A stretch of DNA of 64,000 nt, from the NCBI GenBank assembly GCA_964016885.1, contig OZ024742.1:349494001-349558000 (forward strand), in the 5' to 3' direction. This stretch comes from Eledone cirrhosa (lineage: Eukaryota). The translations under genes were made by a program, and so were the position numbers. Below, piece after piece: positions 24,944-37,620 of this stretch; position 1 is the stretch's first letter; each line of letters begins with the position of its first letter. The notes beneath the pieces were generated by a model. That model ran no database searches and was not told the origin of the DNA. It worked only from the letters and a program-made list of their open reading frames with translations.

Positions 24944-27900
24944 CTAGACCTTTAGTTACCTTTAGTGGAGTTGATTCTGCTGCAAGTATTTAGCCCACCA
25001 ATTACTAGACCTTTAGTTTCCTTTAGTGTAGTTGATTCTGTTGCAAGTATTTAGCCCACCAATTACTAGACCTTTAGTTACCTTTAGTGGAGTTGATTCT
25101 GTTGCAAGTATTTAGCCCACCAATTACTAGACCCTTAGTTACCTTTAGTGGAGTTGATTCTGCTGCAAGTATTTAGCCCACCAATTACTAGACCTTTAGT
25201 TTCCTTTAGTGTAGTTGATTCTGTTGCAAGTATTTAGCCCACCAATTACTAGACCTTTAGTTACCTTTAGTGGAGTTGATTCTGTTGCAAGTATTTAGCC
25301 CACCAATTACTAGACCTTTAGTTTCATTTAGTGGAGTTGATTCTGTTGCAAGTATTTAGCCCACCAATTACTAGACCTTTAGTTACCTTTAGTGGAGTTG
25401 ATTCTGTTGCAAGTATTTAGCCCACCAATTACCAGACCTTTAGTTACCTTTAGTGGAGTTGATTCTGTTGCAAGTATTTAGCCCACCAATTACTATACCT
25501 TTAGTTACCTTTAGTGTAGTTGATTCTGCTGCAAGTATTTAGCCCACCAATTACCAGACCTTTAGTTACCTTTAGTGGAGTTGATTCTGCTGCAAGTATT
25601 TAGCTCACCAATTACCAGACCTTTAGTTACCTTTAATGTAGTTGATTCTGTTGCAAGTATTTAGCCCACTAATTACCAGACCTTTAGTTACCTTTAGTGG
25701 AGTTGATTCTGTTGCAAGTATTTAGCCCACCAATTACTAGACCTTTAGTTACCTTTAGTGTAGTTGATTCTGTTGCAAGTATTTAGCCCACCAATTACTA
25801 GACCTTTAGTTTCCTTTAGTGTAGTTGATTCTGTTGCAAGTATTTAGCCCACCAATTACCAGACCTTTAGTTACCTTTAGTGTAGTTGATTCTGTTGCAA
25901 GTATTTAGCCCACCAATTACTAGACCTTTAGTTACCTTTAATGTAGTTGATTCTGCTGCAAGTATTTAGCTCACCAATTACCAGACCTTTAGTTACCTTT
26001 AATGTAGTTGATTCTGCTGCAAGTATTTAGCTCACCAATTACCAGACCTTTAGTTACCTTTAATGTAGTTGATTCTGCTGCAAGTATTTAGCCCACCAAT
26101 TACCAGACCTTTAGTTACCTTTAATGTAGTTGATTCTGCTGCAAGTATTTAGCTCACCAATTACCAGACCTTTAGTTACCTTTAATGTAGTTGATTCTGC
26201 TGCAAGTATTTAGCCCACCATTTACCAGACCTTTAGTTAACTTTAGTGGAGTTGATTCTGTTGCAAGTATTTAGCTAACCAATTACCAGACTTTTAGTTA
26301 CCTTCAGTGTAGTTGATTCTGCTGCAAGTATTTAGCTCACCAATTACCAGACCTTTAGTTACCTTTAGTGTAGTTGATTCTGCTGCAAGTATTTAGTCCA
26401 CCATTTACTATACCTTTAGTTACCTTTAGTGTAGTTGATTCTGCTGCAAGTATTTTGCCCACCAATTACCAGACCTTTAGTTACCTTTAGTGGAGTTGAT
26501 TCTGTTGCAAGTATTTAGCCCACCAATTACTATACCTTTAGTTACCTTTAGTGTAGTTGATTCTGCTGCAAGTATTTAGCTCACCAATTACCAGACCTTT
26601 AGTTACCTTTAATGTAGTTGATTCTGTTGCAAGTATTTAGCCCACCAATTACCAGACCTTTAGTTACCTTTAGTGGAGTTGATTCTGTTGCAAGTATTTA
26701 GCCCACCAATTACTAGACTTTTAGTTACCTTTAGTGTAGTTGATTCTGTTGCAAGTATTTAGCCCACCAATTACTAGACCTTTAGTTTGCTTTAGTGTAG
26801 TTGATTCTGTTGCAAGTATTTAGCCCACCAATTACTATACCTTTAGTTACCTTTAGTGTAGTTGATTCTGTTGCAAGTATTTAGCCCACCAATTACTAGA
26901 CCTTTAGTTACCTTTAGTGGAGTTGATTCTGTTGCAAGTATTTAGCCCACCAATTACTAGACCTTTAGTTTCCTTTAGTGTAGTTGATTCTGTTGCAAGT
27001 ATTTAGCCCACCAATTACTATACCTTTAGTTACCTTTAGTGTAGTTGATTCTGTTGCAAGTATTTAGCCCACCAATTACTAGACCTTTAGTTACCTTTAG
27101 TGGAGTTGATTCTGCTGCAAGTATTTAGCCCACCAATTACCAGACCTTTAGTTACCTTTAGTGGAGTTGATTCTGTTGCAAGTATTTAGCCCACCAATTA
27201 CCAGACCTTTAGTTACCTTTAGTGGAGTTGATTCTGTTGCAAGTATTTAGCCCACCAATTACCAGACCTATAGTTACCTTTAGTGGAGTTGATTCTGTTG
27301 CAAGTATTTAGCCCACCAATTACCAGACCTTTAGTTACCTTTAGTGGAGTTGATTCTGTTGCAAGTATTTAGCCCACCAATTACCAGACCTTTAGTTACC
27401 TTTAGTGGAGTTGATTCTGTTGCAAGTATTTAGCCCACCAATTACCAGACCTTTAGTTACCTTTAGTGGAGTTGATTCTGTTGCAAGTATTTAGCCCACC
27501 AATTACTAGACCTTTAGTTTCCTTTAGTGGAGTTGATTCTGTTGCAAGTATTTAGCCCACCAATTACCAGACCTTTAGTTACCTTTAGTGGAGTTGATTC
27601 TGTTGCAAGTATTTAGCCCACCAATTACCAGACCTTTAGTTACCTTTAGTGGAGTTGATTCTGTTGCAAATATTTAGCCCACCAATTACCAGACCTTTAG
27701 TTACCTTTAGTGGAGTTGATTCTGTTGCAAGTATTTAGCCCACCAATTACCAGACCTTTAGTTACCTTTAGTGTAGTTGATTCTGTTGCAAGTATTTAGC
27801 CCACCAATTACTAGACCTTTAGTTACCTTTAGTGGAGTTGATTCTGTTGCAAGTATTTAGCCCACCAATTACTAGACCTTTAGTTACCTTTAGTGGAGTT

Positions 27901-30900
27901 GATTCTGTTGCAAGTATTTAGCCCACCAATTACTAGAACCTTAGTTACCTTTAGTGGAGTTGATTCTGCTGCAAGTATTTAGCCCACCAATTACTAGACC
28001 TTTAGTTACCTTTAGTGGAGTTGATTCTGTTGCAAGTATTTAGCCCACCAATTACTAGACCCTTAGTTACCTTTAGTGGAGTTGATTCTGTTGCAAGTAT
28101 TTAGCCCACCAATTACTAGACCTTTAGTTACCTTTAGTGGAGTTGATTCTGTTGCAAGTATTTAGCCCACCAATTACTAGACCCTTAGTTACCTTTAGTG
28201 GAGTTGATTCTGCTGCAAGTATTTAGCCCACCAATTACCAGACCTTTAGTTACCTTTTGTGGAGTTGATTCTGCTGCAAGTATTTAGCTCACCAATTACC
28301 AGACCTTTAGTTACCTTTAATGTAGTTGATTCTGCTGCAAGTATTTAGCACACTAAATACCAGACCTTTAGTTACCTTTAATGTAGTTGATTCTGTTGCA
28401 AGTATTTAGCCCACCAATTACCAGACCTTTAGTTACTTTTAATGTAGTTGATTCTGCTGCAAGTATTTAGCCCACCAAATACCAGACCTTTAGTTACCTT
28501 TAATGTAGTTGATTCTGCTGCAAGTATTTAGCCCACCAATTACCAGACCTTTAGTTACCTTTAATGTAGTTGATTCTGCTGCAAGTATTTAGCCTACCAA
28601 TTACCAGACTTTTAGTTACCTTCAGTGTAGTTGATTCTGCTGCAAGTATTTAGCTCACCAATTACCAGACCTTTAGTTACCTTTAGTGTAGTTGATTCTG
28701 CTGCAAGTATTTAGCCCACCATTTACTATACCTTTAGTTACCTTTAGTGTAGTTGATTCTGCTGCAAGTATTTAGCCCACCAATTACCAGACCTTTAGTT
28801 ACCTTTAGTGGAGTTGATTCTGTTGCAAGTATTTAGCCCACCAATTACTATACCTTTAGTTACCTTTAGTGTAGTTGATTCTGCTGCAAGTATTTAGCTC
28901 ACCAATTACAAGACCTTTAGTTACCTTTAATGTAGTTGATTCTGTTGCAAGTATTTAGCCCACCAATTACCAGACCTTTAGTTACCTTTAGTGGAGTTGA
29001 TTCTGTTGCAAGTATTTAGCCCACCAATTACTAGACCTTTAGTTACCTTTAGTGTAGTTGATTCTGTTGCAAGTATTTAGCCCACCAATTACTAGACCTT
29101 TAGTTTCCTTTAGTGTAGTTGATTCTGCTGCAAGTATTTAGCCCACCAATTACCAGACCTTTAGTTACCTTTAGTGTAGTTGATTCTGTTGCAAGTATTT
29201 AGCCCACCAATTACTATACCTTTAGTTACCTTTAGTGTAGTTGATTCTGTTGCAAGTATTTAGCCCACCAATTACTAGACCTTTAGTTACCTTTAGTGGA
29301 GTTGATTCTGCTGCAAGTATTTAGCCCACCAATTACTAGACCTTTAGTTTCCTTTAGTGTAGTTGATTCTGTTGCAAGTATTTAGCCCACCAATTACTAG
29401 ACCTTTAGTTACCTTTAGTGGAGTTGATTCTGTTGCAAGTATTTAGCCCACCAATTACTAGACCCTTAGTTACCTTTAGTGGAGTTGATTCTGCTGCAAG
29501 TATTTAGCCCACCAATTACTAGACCTTTAGTTTCCTTTAGTGTAGTTGATTCTGTTGCAAGTATTTAGCCCACCAATTACTAGACCTTTAGTTACCTTTA
29601 GTGGAGTTGATTCTGTTGCAAGTATTTAGCCCACCAATTACTAGACCTTTAGTTTCATTTAGTGGAGTTGATTCTGTTGCAAGTATTTAGCCCACCAATT
29701 ACTAGACCTTTAGTTACCTTTAGTGGAGTTGATTCTGTTGCAAGTATTTAGCCCACCAATTACCAGACCTTTAGTTACCTTTAGTGGAGTTGATTCTGTT
29801 GCAAGTATTTAGCCCACCAATTACTATACCTTTAGTTACCTTTAGTGTAGTTGATTCTGCTGCAAGTATTTAGCCCACCAATTACCAGACCTTTAGTTAC
29901 CTTTAGTGGAGTTGATTCTGCTGCAAGTATTTAGCTCACCAATTACCAGACCTTTAGTTACCTTTAATGTAGTTGATTCTGTTGCAAGTATTTAGCCCAC
30001 TAATTACCAGACCTTTAGTTACCTTTAGTGGAGTTGATTCTGTTGCAAGTATTTAGCCCACCAATTACTAGACCTTTAGTTACCTTTAGTGTAGTTGATT
30101 CTGTTGCAAGTATTTAGCCCACCAATTACTAGACCTTTAGTTTCCTTTAGTGTAGTTGATTCTGTTGCAAGTATTTAGCCCACCAATTACCAGACCTTTA
30201 GTTACCTTTAGTGTAGTTGATTCTGTTGCAAGTATTTAGCCCACCAATTACTAGACCTTTAGTTACCTTTAATGTAGTTGATTCTGCTGCAAGTATTTAG
30301 CTCACCAATTACCAGACCTTTAGTTACCTTTAATGTAGTTGATTCTGCTGCAAGTATTTAGCTCACCAATTACCAGACCTTTAGTTACCTTTAATGTAGT
30401 TGATTCTGCTGCAAGTATTTAGCCCACCAATTACCAGACCTTTAGTTACCTTTAATGTAGTTGATTCTGCTGCAAGTATTTAGCTCACCAATTACCAGAC
30501 CTTTAGTTACCTTTAATGTAGTTGATTCTGCTGCAAGTATTTAGCCCACCATTTACCAGACCTTTAGTTAACTTTAGTGGAGTTGATTCTGTTGCAAGTA
30601 TTTAGCTAACCAATTACCAGACTTTTAGTTACCTTCAGTGTAGTTGATTCTGCTGCAAGTATTTAGCTCACCAATTACCAGACCTTTAGTTACCTTTAGT
30701 GTAGTTGATTCTGCTGCAAGTATTTAGTCCACCATTTACTATACCTTTAGTTACCTTTAGTGTAGTTGATTCTGCTGCAAGTATTTTGCCCACCAATTAC
30801 CAGACCTTTAGTTACCTTTAGTGGAGTTGATTCTGTTGCAAGTATTTAGCCCACCAATTACTATACCTTTAGTTACCTTTAGTGTAGTTGATTCTGCTGC

Positions 30901-31262
30901 AAGTATTTAGCTCACCAATTACCAGACCTTTAGTTACCTTTAATGTAGTTGATTCTGTTGCAAGTATTTAGCCCACCAATTACCAGACCTTTAGTTACCT
31001 TTAGTGGAGTTGATTCTGTTGCAAGTATTTAGCCCACCAATTACTAGACTTTTAGTTACCTTTAGTGTAGTTGATTCTGTTGCAAGTATTTAGCCCACCA
31101 ATTACTAGACCTTTAGTTTGCTTTAGTGTAGTTGATTCTGTTGCAAGTATTTAGCCCACCAATTACTATACCTTTAGTTACCTTTAGTGTAGTTGATTCT
31201 GTTGCAAGTATTTAGCCCACCAATTACTAGACCTTTAGTTACCTTTAGTGGAGTTGATTCTG
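22626..31262. repeat. Near-perfect tandem duplication of a 71-monomer (4331-bp) unit
   Basis: TAGAACC 23607/27938, TTACAAG 24579/28910, TTTCATTT 25326/29657, CCCACTAATT 25670/30001, GCTAACC 26276/30607, TTTAGTCC ~26397/30728 and GTTTGCTT ~26789/31120, all at offset 4331. Confidence 0.93.
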
Positions 31263-34200
31263 CTGCAAGTATTTAGCCCACCAATTACCAGACCTTTAGT
31301 TACCTTTAGTGGAGTTGATTCTGTTGCAAGTATTTAGCCCACCAATTACCAGACCTTTAGTTACCTTTAGTGGAGTTGATTCTGTTGCAAGTATTTAGCC
31401 CACCAATTACCAGACCTTTAGTTACCTTTAGTGGAGTTGATTCTGTTGCAAGTATTTAGCCCACCAATTACCAGACCTTTAGTTACCTTTAGTGGAGTTG
31501 ATTCTGTTGCAAGTATTTAGCCCACCAATTACCATACCTTTAGTTACCTTTAGTGGAGTTGATTCTGTTGCAAGTATTTAGCCCACCAATTACGAGACCT
31601 TTAGTTACCTTTAGTGGAGTTGATTCTGTTGCAAGTATTTAGCCCACCAATTACTAGACCTTTAGTTTCCTTTAGTGGAGTTGATTCTGTTGCAAGTATT
31701 TAGCCCACCAATTACCAGACCTTTAGTTACCTTTAGTGGAGTTGATTCTGTTGCAAGTATTTAGCCCACCAATTACCAGACCTTTAGTTACCTTTAGTGG
31801 AGTTGATTCTGTTGCAAGTATTTAGCCCACCAATTACCAGACCTTTAGTTACCTTTAGTGGAGTTGATTCTGTTGCAAGTATTTAGCCCACCAATTACCA
31901 GACCTTTAGTTACCTTTAGTGTAGTTGATTCTGTTGCAAGTATTTAGCCCACCAATTACTAGACCTTTAGTTACCTTTAGTGGAGTTGATTCTGTTGCAA
32001 GTATTTAGCCCACCAATTACTAGACCTTTAGTTACCTTTAGTGGAGTTGATTCTGTTGCAAGTATTTAGCCCACCAATTACTAGACCCTTAGTTACCTTT
32101 AGTGGAGTTGATTCTGCTGCAAGTATTTAGCCCACCAATTACTAGACCTTTAGTTACCTTTAGTGGAGTTGATTCTGTTGCAAGTATTTAGCCCACCAAC
32201 TACTAGACCCTTAGTTACCTTTAGTGGAGTTGATTCTGTTGCAAGTATTTAGCCCACCAATTACTAGACCTTTAGTTACCTTTAGTGGAGTTGATTCTGT
32301 TGCAAGTATTTAGCCCACCAATTACTAGACCCTTAGTTACCTTTAGTGGAGTTGATTCTGCTGCAAGTATTTAGCCCACCAATTACCAGACCTTTAGTTA
32401 CCTTTTGTGGAGTTGATTCTGCTGCAAGTATTTAGCTCACCAATTACCAGACCTTTAGTTACCTTTAATGTAGTTGATTCTGCTGCAAGTATTTAGCCCA
32501 CCAAATACCAGACCTTTAGTTACCTTTAATGTAGTTGATTCTGTTGCAAGTATTTAGCCCACCAATTACCAGACCTTTAGTTCCTTTTAATGTAGTTGAT
32601 TCTGCTGCAAGTATTTAGCCCACCAAATACCAGACCTTTAGTTACCTTTAATGTAGTTGATTCTGCTGCAAGTATTTAGCCCACCAATTACCAGACCTTT
32701 AGTTACCTTTAATGTAGTTGATTCTGCTGCAAGTATTTAGCCTACCAATTACCAGACTTTTAGTTACCTTCAGTGTAGTTGATTCTGCTGCAAGTATTTA
32801 GCTCACCAATTACCAGACCTTTAGTTACCTTTAGTGTAGTTGATTCTGCTGCAAGTATTTAGCCCACCATTTACTATACCTTTAGTTACCTTTAGTGTAG
32901 TTGATTCTGCTGCAAGTCTTTAGCCCACCAATTACCAGACCTTTAGTTACCTTTAGTGGAGTTGATTCTGTTGCAAGTATTTAGCCCACCAATTACTATA
33001 CCTTTAGTTACCTTTAGTGTAGTTGATTCTGCTGCAAGTATTTAGCTCACCAATTACAAGACCTTTAGTTACCTTTAATGTAGTTGATTCTGTTGCAAGT
33101 ATTTAGCCCACCAATTACCAGACCTTTAGTTACCTTTAGTGGAGTTGATTCTGTTGCAAGTATTTAGCCCACCAATTACTAGACCCTTAGTTACCTTTAG
33201 TGGAGTTGATTCTGCTGCAAGTATTTAGCCCACCAATTACTAGACCTTTAGTTACCTTTAGTGGAGTTGATTCTGTTGCAAGTATTTAGCCCACCAATTA
33301 CTAGACCCTTAGTTACCTTTAGTGGAGTTGATTCTGTTGCAAGTATTTAGCCCACCAATTACTAGACCTTTAGTTACCTTTAGTGGAGTTGATTCTGTTG
33401 CAAGTATTTAGCCCACCAATTACTAGACCCTTAGTTACCTTTAGTGGAGTTGATTCTGCTGCAAGTATTTAGCCCACCAATTACCAGACCTTTAGTTACC
33501 TTTTGTGGAGTTGATTCTGCTGCAAGTATTTAGCTCACCAATTACCAGACCTTTAGTTACCTTTAATGTAGTTGATTCTGCTGCAAGTATTTAGCCCACC
33601 AAATACCAGACCTTTAGTTACCTTTAATGTAGTTGATTCTGTTGCAAGTATTTAGCCCACCAATTACCAGACCTTTAGTTACTTTTAATGTAGTTGATTC
33701 TGCTGCAAGTATTTAGCCCACCAAATACCAGACCTTTAGTTACCTTTAATGTAGTTGATTCTGCTGCAAGTATTTAGCCCACCAATTACCAGACCTTTAG
33801 TTACCTTTAATGTAGTTGATTCTGCTGCAAGTATTTAGCCTACCAATTACCAGACTTTTAGTTACCTTCAGTGTAGTTGATTCTGCTGCAAGTATTTAGC
33901 TCACCAATTACCAGACCTTTAGTTACCTTTAGTGTAGTTGATTCTGCTGCAAGTATTTAGCCCACCATTTACTATACCTTTAGTTACCTTTAGTGTAGTT
34001 GATTCTGCTGCAAGTATTTAGCCCACCAATTACCAGACCTTTAGTTACCTTTAGTGGAGTTGATTCTGTTGCAAGTATTTAGCCCACCAATTACTATACC
34101 TTTAGTTACCTTTAGTGTAGTTGATTCTGCTGCAAGTATTTAGCTCACCAATTACAAGACCTTTAGTTACCTTTAATGTAGTTGATTCTGTTGCAAGTAT

Positions 34201-35450
34201 TTAGCCCACCAATTACCAGACCTTTAGTTACCTTTAGTGGAGTTGATTCTGTTGCAAGTATTTAGCCCACCAATTACTAGACCTTTAGTTACCTTTAGTG
34301 TAGTTGATTCTGTTGCAAGTATTTAGCCCACCAATTACTAGACCTTTAGTTTCCTTTAGTGTAGTTGATTCTGCTGCAAGTATTTAGCCCACCAATTACC
34401 AGACCTTTAGTTACCTTTTGTGGAGTTGATTCTGCTGCAAGTATTTAGCTCACCAATTACCAGACCTTTAGTTACCTTTAATGTAGTTGATTCTGCTGCA
34501 AGTATTTAGCCCACCAAATACCAGACCTTTAGTTACCTTTAATGTAGTTGATTCTGTTGCAAGTATTTAGCCCACCAATTACCAGACCTTTAGTTACTTT
34601 TAATGTAGTTGATTCTGCTGCAAGTATTTAGCCCACCAAATACCAGACCTTTAGTTACCTTTAATGTAGTTGATTCTGCTGCAAGTATTTAGCCCACCAA
34701 TTACCAGACCTTTAGTTACCTTTAATGTAGTTGATTCTGCTGCAAGTATTTAGCCTACCAATTACCAGACTTTTAGTTACCTTCAGTGTAGTTGATTCTG
34801 CTGCAAGTATTTAGCTCACCAATTACCAGACCTTTAGTTACCTTTAGTGTAGTTGATTCTGCTGCAAGTATTTAGCCCACCATTTACTATACCTTTAGTT
34901 ACCTTTAGTGTAGTTGATTCTGCTGCAAGTATTTAGCCCACCAATTACCAGACCTTTAGTTACCTTTAGTGGAGTTGATTCTGTTGCAAGTATTTAGCCC
35001 ACCAATTACTATACCTTTAGTTACCTTTAGTGTAGTTGATTCTGCTGCAAGTATTTAGCTCACCAATTACAAGACCTTTAGTTACCTTTAATGTAGTTGA
35101 TTCTGTTGCAAGTATTTAGCCCACCAATTACCAGACCTTTAGTTACCTTTAGTGGAGTTGATTCTGTTGCAAGTATTTAGCCCACCAATTACTAGACCTT
35201 TAGTTACCTTTAGTGTAGTTGATTCTGTTGCAAGTATTTAGCCCACCAATTACTAGACCTTTAGTTTCCTTTAGTGTAGTTGATTCTGCTGCAAGTATTT
35301 AGCCCACCAATTACCAGACCTTTAGTTACCTTTAGTGTAGTTGATTCTGTTGCAAGTATTTAGCCCACCAATTACTATACCTTTAGTTACCTTTAGTGTA
35401 GTTGATTCTGTTGCAAGTATTTAGCCCACCAATTACTAGACCTTTAGTTA
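31105..35450. repeat. Diverged copy of the 38-mer unit followed by two truncated (18- and 15-monomer spacing) copies of its distal cassette
   Basis: TTACAAG at 33058/34156/35071 (offsets 1098 = 18x61 and 915 = 15x61), each preceded by CCTTTTGTGG (~32405/33504/34419) and CCAAATACC monomers. Confidence 0.85.
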
Positions 35451-37620
35451 CCTTTAGTGGAGTTGATTCTGCTGCAAGTATTTAGCCCACCAATTACTAG
35501 ACCTTTAGTTTCCTTTAGTGTAGTTGATTCTGTTGCAAGTATTTAGCCCACCAATTACTAGACCTTTAGTTACCTTTAGTGGAGTTGATTCTGTTGCAAG
35601 TATTTAGCCCACCAATTATTAGACCCTTAGTTACCTTTAGTGGAGTTGATTCTGCTGCAAGTATTTAGCCCACCAATTACTAGACCTTTAGTTTCCTTTA
35701 GTGTAGTTGATTCTGTTGCAAGTATTTAGCCCCCCAATTACTAGACCTTTAGTTACCTTTAGTGGAGTTGATTCTGTTGCAAGTATTTAGCCCACCAATT
35801 ACTAGACCCTTAGTTACCTTTAGTGGAGTTGATTCTGCTGCAAGTATTTAGCCCACCAATTACTAGACCTTTAGTTACCTTTAGTGGAGTTGATTCTGTT
35901 GCAAGTATTTAGCCCACCAATTACTAGACCCTTAGTTACCTTTAGTGGAGTTGATTCTGCTGCAAGTATTTAGCCCACCAATTACTAGACCTTTAGTTAC
36001 CTTTAGTGGAGTTGATTCTGTTGCAAGTATTTAGCCCACCAATTACTAGACCTTTAGTTTCCTTTAGTGGAGTTGATTCTGTTGCAAGTATTTAGCCCAC
36101 CAATTACTAGACCTTTAGTTTCCTTTAGTGGAGTTGATTCTGTTGCAAGTATTTAGCCCACCAATTACTAGACCTTTAGTTACCTTTAGTGGAGTTGGTT
36201 CTGTTGCAAGTATTTAGCCCACCAATTATAGACCTTTAGTTTCCTTTAGTGGAGTTGATTCTGTTGCAAGTATTTAGCCCACCAATTACTAGACCCTTAG
36301 TTACCTTTAGTGGAGTTGATTCTGCTGCAAGTATTTAGCCCACCAATTACTAGACCTTTAGTTTCCTTTAGTGTAGTTGATTCTGTTGCAAGTATTTAGC
36401 CCCCCAATTACTAGACCTTTAGTTACCTTTAGTGGAGTTGATTCTGTTGCAAGTATTTAGCCCACCAATTACTAGACCCTTAGTTACCTTTAGTGGAGTT
36501 GATTCTGCTGCAAGTATTTAGCCCACCAATTACTAGACCTTTAGTTACCTTTAGTGGAGTTGATTCTGTTGCAAGTATTTAGCCCACCAATTACTAGACC
36601 CTTAGTTACCTTTAGTGGAGTTGATTCTGCTGCAAGTATTTAGCCCACCAATTACTAGACCTTTAGTTACCTTTAGTGGAGTTGATTCTGTTGCAAGTAT
36701 TTAGCCCACCAATTACTAGACCCTTAGTTACATTTAGTGGAGTTGATTCTGTTAGCCCACCAATTACCAGACCTTTAGTTACCTTTAGTGGAGTTGATTC
36801 TGTTGCAAGTATTTAGCCCACCAATTACCAGACCTTTAGTTACCTTTAGTGGAGTTGATTCTGTTGCAAGTATTTAGCCCACCAATTACTATACCTTTAG
36901 TTACCTTTAGTGTAGTTGATTCTGCTGCAAGTATTTAGCCCACCAATTACCAGACCTTTAGTTACCTTTAGTGGAGTTGATTCTGTTGCAAGTATTTAGC
37001 CCACCAATTACTATACCTTTAGTTACCTTTAGTGTAGTTGATTCTGCTGCAAGTATTTAGCCCACCAATTACTAGACCTTTAGTTACCTTTAGTGTAGTT
37101 GATTCTGTTGCAAGTATTTAGCCCACCAATTACTAGACCTTTAGTTTCCTTTAGTGTAGTTGATTCTGTTGCAAGTATTTAGCCCACCAATTACTATACC
37201 TTTAGTTACCTTTAGTGTAGTTGATTCTGCTGCAAGTATTTAGCCCACCAATTACCAGACCTTTAGTTACCTTTAGTGGAGTTGATTCTGTTGCAAGTAT
37301 TTAGCCCACCAATTACTATACCTTTAGTTACCTTTAGTGTAGTTGATTCTGCTGCAAGTATTTAGCCCACCAATTACTAGACCTTTAGTTACCTTTAGTG
37401 TAGTTGATTCTGTTGCAAGTATTTAGCCCACCAATTACTAGACCTTTAGTTTCCTTTAGTGTAGTTGATTCTGTTGCAAGTATGTAGCCCACCAATTACT
37501 ATACCTTTAGTTACCTTTAGTGTAGTTGATTCTGTTGCAAGTATTTAGCCCACCAATTACTAGACCTTTAGTTACCTTTAGTGGAGTTGATTCTGCTGCA
37601 AGTATTTAGCCCACCAATTA

